A stretch of DNA of 64,000 nt from an uncultured Gammaproteobacteria bacterium. Lineage in GTDB: Bacteria > Pseudomonadota > Gammaproteobacteria > UBA9214. Each line of letters opens with the position of its first letter. Position 1 is the stretch's first letter. The notes under the pieces are model-generated. The model was not told where the DNA came from and did no database searches. It was given only the letters and a program-made list of their open reading frames with translations. The position numbers were made by a program, and so were the translations under genes. Positions 35,602 through 44,269 of the stretch are shown here, piece after piece. The DNA lies in assembly GCA_963773065.1 (NCBI GenBank), contig CAVYZN010000011.1:288001-352000 (forward strand), given 5' to 3'.

Positions 35602-36433
35602 GGAACCTCTGATTAATTCCGTTCGCCCTGAGCCTGTCGAAGGGCAATTGATGCAACATACTGATTTCTCAGCGTCCTTCGTTCGTGGTTCGACAGGCTC
35701 ACCACGAACGGAGGAATTAATCAGAGCTTCCCTAGGGAACGGAATCCTAATCTCGAGATACTCGATCGCGTGGTGCAGCGGCTCGGCCCTCTGACCAATG
35801 AGATGGTATTTCTCGGTGGTTGCGCAGCAGGCATGCTGCTGACAGACAACGCTGCTCCGCCTATTCGCGTGACACAGGATGTCGACGTGATTACCGAGGT
35901 CGCCTCGCTTAAGGACTATTACCGACTCGCGGAGCAGTTGCGTGCACAGGGTTTTCGTGAGGATCAAAGCCCGGGTGCGCCCGATATGCCGGTGGGCGGC
36001 ACCCGGTGTGCTGCTGGATGTCATACCAACTCGGCCAGAGATATCTGGGGTTTGGCAATCGCTGGTATCAACCCGCATTGGAGCATGCGGTATCGATCAA
36101 TTTGCCTCCGGTGCAAGCATCCGCATGGTCACGGGGCCGTATTTCCTGGCCACGAAACTCGCAGCGTTCGAGAGCCGTGGCGGGGGCGATTATTTTGCGA
36201 GCCATGACATGGAGGATATGGTCGCTGTGCTGGATGGACGGCCAGAGATTGTCGATGAAGTGATACACGCTGATGAGGTCCTGCGAGAACACCTGGCTGA
36301 GCGATTTATCGCTTTGTTGGGCGATACGGATTTTGTCGCAGCCCTACCTGGTCATTTGCCAGGTGACGCGGCGAGCCAGGCGCGTGTGCCATTGGTTATG
36401 GAACGAATGACAGCGATAGCGGAAAGCAAATGA
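35594..36433 (+). CDS. AbiEii-like nucleotidyltransferase toxin, interrupted near codon 3 by a MITE
   Basis: Restored start MHRERNPNLEILDRVV; FLGGCA, RVTQDVDV, ATKLAAF, SHDMED. Confidence 0.7.
35602..35731. mobile_element. MITE with IS5-like ends around a REP-like hairpin pair
   Basis: GGAACCTCTGATTAATTCC / GGAATTAATCAGAGCTTCC IRs; ATAG and CTAG flanks; homologous to 59791-59921. Confidence 0.8.
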
Positions 36434-37941
36434 ACACCTCCACCATCGTCCAGAAACTCTGGAACTACTGCAACGTCCTGCGCGACGACGGCATGAGCTA
36501 CGGCGACTACGTCGAGCAGCTCACCTACCTGCTGTTCCTCAAGATGGCCGACGAGCGCACCGAAGCCGCCGTACAACCAGACGAGCCCGGTCCCGGCAGA
36601 GCTACGACTGGCCGAGCCTGCATCAGCGAAGGACGGCGACGAGCTGTTCGACCACTACCGCCACATGCTGGAGACGCTCGGGCAAGCAGAAGGGGCTGCT
36701 CGGGCTCATCTTCCGCAAGGCGCAGAACAAGTTCCAGGACCCGGCCAAGCTGCGGCGGCTGATCGTGGACCTGATCGACGGGGAGAACTGGTCGTCGATG
36801 AGCGCCGACGTGAAGGGCGACGCCTACGAGGGCCTGCTGGAGAAGAACGCCCAGGACACCAAGTCCGGCGCCGGCCAGTACTTCACGCCGCGCCCGCTGA
36901 TCCAGGCCATGGTGGACGTGCATCGCGCCCAGGCCCGGCGAGACCGATCTGCGACCCGGCCTGCGGCACCGGCGGCTTTCTGCTCGCGGCGCACGACTAC
37001 GTGGTCGAAGCACAACCCCAACCTCGACCAAGCGACGAGAAGCGCAAGCTCAAGGAGGAGACCTTCACGCGGCTGGGAGCTGGTGCAGGCCACGGCGCGG
37101 CTGTGCGCCATGAACCTGCTGCTGCACGGCATCGGCGCCGAGAGACTGCGTGCCCATCGTGGTGGCCGACTCGCTGGCCGCCGACCCGGGCGAGCGCTTC
37201 GACATGGTGCTGACCAATCCGCCCTTCGGCAAGAAGAGCAGCACCACGATCGTCGGCGAGGACGGCAAGGCCTCAGCCGAGAAGCGAGACATCATCGAGC
37301 GCGACGACTTCTGGGCCACCACCTCCAACAAGCAGCTCAACTTCGTCCAGCACATCAAGACCCTGCTCAAGCAGCACGGCCGCGCCGCCGTGGTCGTGCC
37401 CGACAACGTGCTGTTCGAGGGCGGCGCCGGCGAGACCATCCGCCGCAAGCTGCTGCACGAGTGCGACGTGCACACCCTGCTGCGCCTGCCCACCGGCCTC
37501 TTCTACGCCCAGGGCGTGAAGGCGAACGTGCTCTTCTTCGACAAGAAGCCCGCCAGCGAGACGCCGTGGACCAAGAAGCTCTGGATCTACGACCTGCGCA
37601 CCAACAAGCACTTCACGCTCAAGACCAACCCGCTGAAGCGCGAGGACCTGGACGAGTTCGTCGCGCTGCTACAACCCGGCCAACCGCCACGAGCGCAAGG
37701 CGACCTGGTCGCGCCGAGCAGCCCGACGGCCGCTGGCGCGTCTACGACTACGAGGAGCTCGATCGCCCGCGACAAGGCCAGCCTGGACATCTTCTGGCTC
37801 AAGGACGAAGCGCTGGAGGACTCCGACAACCTGCCGCCGCCGGACGTGATCGCGCAGGAGATCGTGGAAGACCTGGAGGCGGCGCTGGAGCAGTTTCGGG
37901 AGATTGTTTCTGATCTCAACAGCACGGTTACAACAGAGTAG
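36430..37941 (+). CDS. hsdM: Type I RM N6-adenine methyltransferase (many frameshifts)
   Basis: GQYFTPRPLI, DPACGTGGFL, NPPF, LRLPTGLFY, SLDIFWLKD. Confidence 0.92.
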
Positions 37942-37953
37942 GCACAACTACAT

Positions 37954-38865
37954 ATGTTATATGGAATGCTCCAAGCCCTTCCCTTCCTGGCCCTAATGGT
38001 TTTGCCAATGCTTGTCGCTTTCGGGATGGTCCTGACCTGGAAAAGATGGTTCAGGAATCGCAATCGGCGCTCGCCTCTCACCTCGGAGCTGTTGAGACCG
38101 CCTGGGTATGGGTTGCAAGAGAAGATCGACGAGATGGGTAATGATATTGACGCCTACCTGATCATGATGATGATCATACCCATGATGTTATACGGCCTGT
38201 GGCTGCAACAGCGAGTTTTCACTGATCCAACGCGGAATCCCGTAAACGGGATCATCTTGATCGTTGCTGCTTGTATCCTATTTGTGTTTGTCCTGGTCAA
38301 ACTCATGAACCTCATGAAAAAGCGCCAGAAGTATCGAGAGGCACTTAGCGGTGAAGTCGCTACCGCGCAACTGTTGGAACCGGTCATTGCAGGCGGCGGA
38401 CGTGTTTTCCATGATGTTCAAGCGACTGGATTCAACATCGACCATATCGTGGTTGCGCCAGGGGGTGTCTTCGCTATCGAAACAAAACACCGCTTAAAGT
38501 CGACGAAGGGACTAGCCAGCGAAGTCGCTAAAGTGCGTTACGACGGCAAGGCATTGCATTTTCCCGGTTGGGTTGAGACAAAGCCCATCACTCAGGCGCG
38601 CAGTCAGGCCGAGTGGTTGTCAAAAGTTCTCACCAAGTCTACCGGGGATTCCGTGACGGTGCGTCCGGTCGTGGCGCTCCCTGGCTGGTATGTTGAGAGA
38701 ACCGGTCGTTCCGATGTCAATGTAATCAATCCAAAGAATGTTTCGTTTATGCTGAAACCGGCAGATGAACCGCCCATTCCAGAGGAAAAAAGAAAACGCA
38801 TCAGTTATCAGCTGGAACAGCTTTCCCGGCTGCCAGACTTCAGTAAGTTGAGTACGAAAGTCTAA
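37954..38865 (+). CDS. Membrane-anchored NERD-domain nuclease
   Basis: Three TM helices then GE, HDV, NIDHIVV, FAIETK; lower GC. Confidence 0.85.
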   Translation: MLYGMLQALPFLALMVLPMLVAFGMVLTWKRWFRNRNRRSPLTSELLRPPGYGLQEKIDEMGNDIDAYLIMMMIIPMMLYGLWLQQRVFTDPTRNPVNGIILIVAACILFVFVLVKLMNLMKKRQKYREALSGEVATAQLLEPVIAGGGRVFHDVQATGFNIDHIVVAPGGVFAIETKHRLKSTKGLASEVAKVRYDGKALHFPGWVETKPITQARSQAEWLSKVLTKSTGDSVTVRPVVALPGWYVERTGRSDVNVINPKNVSFMLKPADEPPIPEEKRKRISYQLEQLSRLPDFSKLSTKV

Positions 38866-39074
38866 TGACGTCTGTCTTAATCATGACTTGATAATTCTTT
38901 GAGTCACTGGAAGGTTCGGAGAATCTTCAGGCAACAGAAGAGTCCGTAGGGTCATTCTGATTTAGTAGCCTTGATGGCTGCAGGAGTAGCATGATCCCTA
39001 TAAGCAGAATGTCCCCATTTCTCAGACACCAGACTCGTGTCGGGCGACGGCCTGACCGGACCAGGAGAGGAAGT

Positions 39075-39512
39075 ATGAGACGATTCAAATACACTGTTTG
39101 CACCGGCTGTGTGCTGATGCTGGCATTGCTGGCCGGAACTGCTACGGCTGAACAGATCTACCGGTCGGTCGATGCGGAGGGCAATGTCACTTTTTCCAAT
39201 CAGCCGTCGGCAAATGCGGTGACTGTCGATGAGGTTAGTGTTCAGCCGGGACCGTCGGATGCGGCACAGCGCGAGGCAAGCGAACGGATGCAGCGCCAGG
39301 AGGCGGCGGCGAATGAGCTGAGCGAGGCGCGTGCCAGTCGCGTCCAGCAGCAGCCGGAGGCGAGTCCGGCTGCACCCGAGCCAGTCGAGCCTGTAGAACC
39401 TGTTAATCAATATTACGGCTACCCGAACCCGAATACAGCGCGGCGTGACAAGATCCGTGATCGCTTGCAGGAGCGGCCGGTGCAGCTTCCGGCACGTCCG
39501 ATGCCGCGCTAG
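39075..39512 (+). CDS. DUF4124-family secreted protein
   Basis: Signal peptide, QIYRSVDAEGNVTFSNQP. Confidence 0.85.
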   Translation: MRRFKYTVCTGCVLMLALLAGTATAEQIYRSVDAEGNVTFSNQPSANAVTVDEVSVQPGPSDAAQREASERMQRQEAAANELSEARASRVQQQPEASPAAPEPVEPVEPVNQYYGYPNPNTARRDKIRDRLQERPVQLPARPMPR

Positions 39513-39709
39513 CACCTAGCCATGGCCGCTGTCAGCAGGATTAAGGGAGCATTCTGATTTAATCCAGGACAGTCCATTTTTGATGTGTGTGCGGAGAAGA
39601 CTACCCGACTCGAATGGTAATTCAGGAATTTTGCATCAGATGCACCAGGAACGTTCACTGGCCAAAGCATGCAGACTTCATAAACCGATGCGACGATCAG
39701 GAGTGATAA

Positions 39710-40057
39710 GTGTCCAGCGAACACGAGCAACTGCCTTCCTGCCCGCTATCGTCCGCACCGGATCTGTCGAAGCTGACGGTGGTGGAGCTTGCGCCGGCGG
39801 AACCGCTGCCCGACTACCGGGCGGCTATGAGGGTGGCGAATACCGAGGCGGAGCAGCGGTTCGGTCAGTACTTGCTGCTGTCCTGGTATGACCGCGACCG
39901 GGATTTCGAGTCCCCGCAGCATGCGAGCGAGTGCCATCTGGACAGTGCGGTGCCGGGGTACGTGGATTACGGCATCTACCACGGCGCCACGCTCAAGGTG
40001 GACATCGAGCAGGGGCGCTTCGTGTTCTTCTACCTGCCCGTTGATCTGCCGGAATAA
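39710..40057 (+). CDS. AF1514/DUF5619-like protein
   Basis: LLSWYDRDRDFESPQHASECH, PGYVDYG. Confidence 0.65.
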   Translation: MSSEHEQLPSCPLSSAPDLSKLTVVELAPAEPLPDYRAAMRVANTEAEQRFGQYLLLSWYDRDRDFESPQHASECHLDSAVPGYVDYGIYHGATLKVDIEQGRFVFFYLPVDLPE

Positions 40058-40192
40058 GGGGCGACGGGGTTCCTTGCCGGATGGCGAGTGCTCAAGGGCT
40101 TGTTGAAGGGAGCCGTCGGTCCGGGGATGATGTGCGACAGGGTCTGGCGGCGTGCCGGACAGCATCAAACGAGTCGTTACCAGGAGACAATC

Positions 40193-40657
40193 ATGTCAGA
40201 CGCGCTGCACAGGATTCTGAAGCATCCACAATTTCCCCTGAACGAGGTCTGGTGGGAAGAGCGATTCGCTCCGGATGACATCCTTCTCAAGGAGGGAGAG
40301 ACCAGCCGTGATCTCTATCTCATCGTCAGCGGCACGGTCCGGGTCAATATGCATGTTGAGGTCGATGATGCCCGCATCCTGCAATCAGGCCTGATCGAAT
40401 TGACGCGCGGCGACACCTTCGGTGAACTGAATCTGTACGGGCAGTCCGAGCGCACCGCTTCCGTGGTGGCCCTGTCATCCACCGAGGTCATCCGCATCGA
40501 CGGCAAGGCCCTCTCGGCATTCATGGATGCACATCCGGAGCTGGGCTACCCGGTTCTCAAACATTATTTCCTGTTGCATGCAGAACTGTTGCGTTCACTG
40601 AACATAAAGGTGAGCGGGCTCTATGCCGCCGAATTGCGGAACGTTGCGGCGGACTAG
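40193..40657 (+). CDS. Cyclic nucleotide-binding domain protein
   Basis: LYLIVSGTV, FGELNL, RTASVVA. Confidence 0.85.
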   Translation: MSDALHRILKHPQFPLNEVWWEERFAPDDILLKEGETSRDLYLIVSGTVRVNMHVEVDDARILQSGLIELTRGDTFGELNLYGQSERTASVVALSSTEVIRIDGKALSAFMDAHPELGYPVLKHYFLLHAELLRSLNIKVSGLYAAELRNVAAD

Positions 40658-40673
40658 CTTCGGGGGAGAAAAA

Positions 40674-40740
40674 GGGGACATTCTGATTTCGAGATCTTGA
40701 TGACTGCATGTGGGATAACGTCATTAATCAGAATGTCCCC
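40674..40740. repeat. REP-like palindrome GGGGACATTCTGATT
   Basis: 15-bp inverted arms; degenerate relatives near 38949-39016 and 39546. Confidence 0.7.
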
Positions 40741-40817
40741 ATTTCCCGTGTCCCCATTTCCCACAAACATCGTTACACTGACCGGCCGGGCCTGCCTCGG
40801 CAGATCTGGAGAAGCCC

Positions 40818-41222
40818 TTGTCACCCGCCGAAGAAACGAAAAGCGAAGAACCCCTGCACTCGGCACTGGTGGCTGCGCATATCGTGTATGGCCTGCATAC
40901 GGTCGCCATCGTGCTCGGTATTGCGGGGTCCGCAACCGTAATCGGCGGCTTCGTCGGGAGTGTGCCGTCGGTCATCGCCGTCCTTATCAACTACCTGAAA
41001 CGCAGGGGTGCGCGCGGCAGCTGGGCGGCATCGCACTTTCGCTGGCAAATCCGCACGTTCTGGTTTGCCTTGCTGTGGCTGCTCGTTGCCGTGCTGATGA
41101 TTGTGACCGTGGTTGGCGCCCCGTTTGGACTGGGCTTGCTGATCGCACTGACCTTCTGGCTGATCTACCGTATTGCCCGCGGCTGGTTGCGGCTGCTCGA
41201 CAAGCAGCCTATGTACGTTTAA
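40818..41222 (+). CDS. DUF4870-like membrane protein
   Basis: SHFRWQIRTFW, YRIARGW. Confidence 0.8.
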   Translation: MSPAEETKSEEPLHSALVAAHIVYGLHTVAIVLGIAGSATVIGGFVGSVPSVIAVLINYLKRRGARGSWAASHFRWQIRTFWFALLWLLVAVLMIVTVVGAPFGLGLLIALTFWLIYRIARGWLRLLDKQPMYV

Positions 41223-41281
41223 AGCAGGAAAGAGGTCAGTACCCTTTTTGATGCTCCTTTTCTTGGCCGGATTAGATCGTT

Positions 41282-41957
41282 ATGACCCCCTGGATCCTTC
41301 TCGATAGCGCACCCGTGCCCGGCAACGGCGGGGAGCTGCGCCTCTACCGGCGGGGCGATGAATTTTCGATCAAACTCTCGGGCCGCGGCGAACTGATGAA
41401 CAGCCGTGTCCATGGCTCCGAGGACGCGCTGGCGGAGCATGCCTGTGCCAGGCTGGCGGAGTGGCATCGAGCCGCGACTGCTCATCGGCGGGCTGGGCAT
41501 GGGGTTTACCCTGGCCGCGCGCTCTACGGCACATCGGCGACCAGGGGCGGGTGGTGGTCGCCGAACTGGTGCCGGCCGTGGTGGCGTGGAACCGGGGGCC
41601 GCTTGGGGAACAGGCCGGTCATCCGCTTCGGGATCCGCGGGTGACCGTGCGCGCGGGGGATGTCGCCCGCGTGCTGATGGCCGGGCAGCCGGCGTACGAT
41701 GCTATCCTGCTGGACGTGGATAACGGCCCCGAGGGACTCACGCGCAAGGAGAACGACTGGCTCTATGGCATGGACGGCCTGAACGCGGCCTACGCGTCGC
41801 TGCGCCTCGCGGTGTGCTGGCGGTATGGTCGGCCGGTCCGGATCGGGACTTTCTGCAACGGCTGCGAAAGGTGGGGTTCGAGGTGGATGAGGTGCGTGTC
41901 CGTGCGCGTGGATCGAAGGGGGCGCGGCACATCATCTGGTTTGCCCGGCGCCGATAA
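41282..41957 (+). CDS. Spermidine-synthase-like SAM methyltransferase (frameshifted)
   Basis: LMNSRVHGSE, LIGGLGMGFTL, LDVDNGP. Confidence 0.8.
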
Positions 41958-42040
41958 AAGGGGACAGTCCCCTTTTTCTTGTAGTGGGCGCGATAATCTG
42001 ACTCGTCAGGAAGAAAAAAAAGGGGACTGTCCCCTTTTAT
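41954..42040. repeat. REP-like palindrome
   Basis: Perfect 24-bp inverted repeat ATAAAAGGGGACAGTCCCCTTTTT. Confidence 0.85.
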
Positions 42041-42068
42041 TGAATTCTGGAATGTGAAGGTGAGTCCG

Positions 42069-42608
42069 ATGGCAAATTCGTTTGGCGATCAGTTTCTCAA
42101 GGCGGGCCTGGTGAACAAGACCCGGCTCAACGAGGCGAAGAAGTCGAAGAGCAAGCAGGAGAAACTGAAGCACAAGCAGAAGATCGAGGTGGTCGATGAG
42201 GCGGCGGTGGCTGCCCGGCAGGCGGCGGTGGAGAAAGCGGCTCGCGATCGCGAACTCAATCGCCGGCAAAAGGAGGAGCTTGAGCGCAAGGCGATCCATG
42301 CGCAGGTTCGTCAGTTGATCGAATTGAATCGGTTGCCGCGGGACGACGGCGAGGTGGGTTATAACTTTCAGGATGGTACGGCGATCAGGAAGATCTTTGT
42401 CTCGGAAGAGGTCCGGGACAAGCTGGGGCGCGGCCTGCTCGCCATCGCCAGGTTTGATGACGGGTACGAGGTGATTCCGTCGGTCGTGGCGGAGAAGATC
42501 ATGCAGCGCGATGAAGCCTGCATCGTCAGCAACGCCTCGACCCGAGCGGAGAACGGGGAAGACGATCCCTACGCCGATTACAAGGTTCCCGATGACTTGA
42601 TGTGGTAG
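42069..42608 (+). CDS. DUF2058 (YaiL-like) protein
   Basis: DQFLKAGLV, YNFQDG, DDPYADYKVPDDLMW. Confidence 0.9.
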   Translation: MANSFGDQFLKAGLVNKTRLNEAKKSKSKQEKLKHKQKIEVVDEAAVAARQAAVEKAARDRELNRRQKEELERKAIHAQVRQLIELNRLPRDDGEVGYNFQDGTAIRKIFVSEEVRDKLGRGLLAIARFDDGYEVIPSVVAEKIMQRDEACIVSNASTRAENGEDDPYADYKVPDDLMW

Positions 42609-42777
42609 CCGCGGGGGGAAGCAATCAGAGGATCGAGGGCAGACCACGGATTCCGAGGAATTCTGCCTTGTCTACGGTGGATTGCTTTAAACGTGGTCTG
42701 TCACTGTTTTTACCTATCCTCGCCCCGTCTCAAGGGTGATGGGGCGGGGTTTTCCAGGGTTGCCGATGTGCGATGTC

Positions 42778-42807
42778 ATGAGTAATATTACTCATCATAT
42801 TGAGTAA
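42778..42807. promoter_or_regulatory. Overlapping palindromic operators upstream of the AAA ATPase
   Basis: ATGAGTAATATTACTCAT (18-bp perfect) overlapping TTACTCA-N6-TGAGTAA. Confidence 0.5.
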
Positions 42808-42814
42808 TTTGTAA

Positions 42815-44004
42815 GTGACCTATCGACGGCCCCAATTCGAGATTCTTGCCCGGCGTCTGGCGGAGCCGCGCCGTTTCATTCAGGCGGTGGCGGGGCCGCG
42901 GCAGGTGGGCAAGACGACACTGGTGCAGCAGGTCGTCGAAGCGGGGGGCATGCCCGTGCAGTTTGCCAGCGCCGACGAGCCGACCTTGCGCGGCGCGGAG
43001 TGGATCGCCCAGCAATGGGAGGCGGCGCGGCTGATGGCCGGGACGCGCGGCGCGGTGCTGGTGCTCGACGAGGCGCAGAAGGTGTCCGGACTGGTCGGAG
43101 ACGGTGAAGCGGCTCTGGGACGAGGACACCCGCAAGCGCCGGCCCATCAAGGTGGTGGTGCTGGGCTCGGCGCCGCTGCTGATTCAGCGCGGTCTGTCCG
43201 AAAGTCTCGCCGGGCGCTTCGAGGTGCTGTACCTGCCGCACTGGTCGGCGCAAGAGATGCGCGCGGCGTTCGACTGGACGGTGGAGCAGAGTATTTTCTA
43301 CGGCGGTTATCCGGGTGCGGCGCCGCTGGCGGGTGAGCCTGCGCGCTGGGTGCGTTATGTCCGCGATGCCCTGATCGAGACCACGCTCGCGCGCGACGTG
43401 CTGCTGCTCACTCGCGTGGACAAGCCGGCGCTGCTGCGCCGGCTTGTTCGATCTGGGTTGCCGTTATTCCGGGCAAATCCTTTCCTATACCAAGATGGTC
43501 GGCCAGCTTCAGGACGCGGGCAACACCACCACGCTGGCGCATTATCTCGATCTGCTGGGCGGTGCGGGGATGCTGGTCGGGCTGCACAAGTTCGCGGGTG
43601 CGGCGGTGCGCAGCCGGGCATCGAGCCCGAAGCTGCAGGTGCTCGATACCGCGCTGTTAACCGCGCAGTCCGGTTATAGCTTCGAGGAGGCGCGGGCGGA
43701 CCCCGAGTTCTGGGGGCGTTTGGTGGAGTCGGCGGTCGGAGCGCATCTCGCCAATGCCGCCGCCGCGGGGGCGTGTGAGTTGTTCTACTGGCGCGACCGC
43801 AACCGGGAAGTGGATTTCGTGGTCCGCGCCGGACGGCGACTCACCGCCATCGAGGTCAAGAGCGGGCGCGCCACCGGTACATTACCGGGGATGGAGGCAT
43901 TCGCCGCTGCGTTCAAACCGCAGCGCAAGCTGCTCGTGGGCGGCGATAGCATTCCCTTGGACGAATTTTTGTCCCGGCCCGTGGAGCACTGGATCGGTCC
44001 ATGA
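42815..44004 (+). CDS. AAA ATPase with DUF4143 C-terminus (frameshifted)
   Basis: GPRQVGKTT, LDEAQ, SLAGR, GGYPG, EVDFV...IEVKSG. Confidence 0.88.
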
Positions 44005-44100
44005 GTACGTTTACAGAGTCCGTCGTCGAAGACGCCGCCCTCGCCTGGCTGATGTCACGTGGCTACACCGTCATGCATAGCCCCGATATAGCGGCCGGCG
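44001..44100 (+). pseudogene. hsdR: 5' remnant of a second, EcoR124-like hsdR
   Basis: MSTFTESVVEDAALAWLMSRGY...PDIAAGE, overlapping the ATPase stop. Confidence 0.6.
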
Positions 44101-44269
44101 ACCGCTTCGACCCATTACCTTACCTTCAGGATCAATGGTCCTGGATGTTACAACGCTGTTGTTGACGGTTCTGGCAGTTTCGGTGTTTCTGGATGATTCG
44201 CGGATGTGAGATGCCCGAACTCTGCAGATACCACCTTCGCAAAGCCTTATGAACTCGGGTGATCATCCA

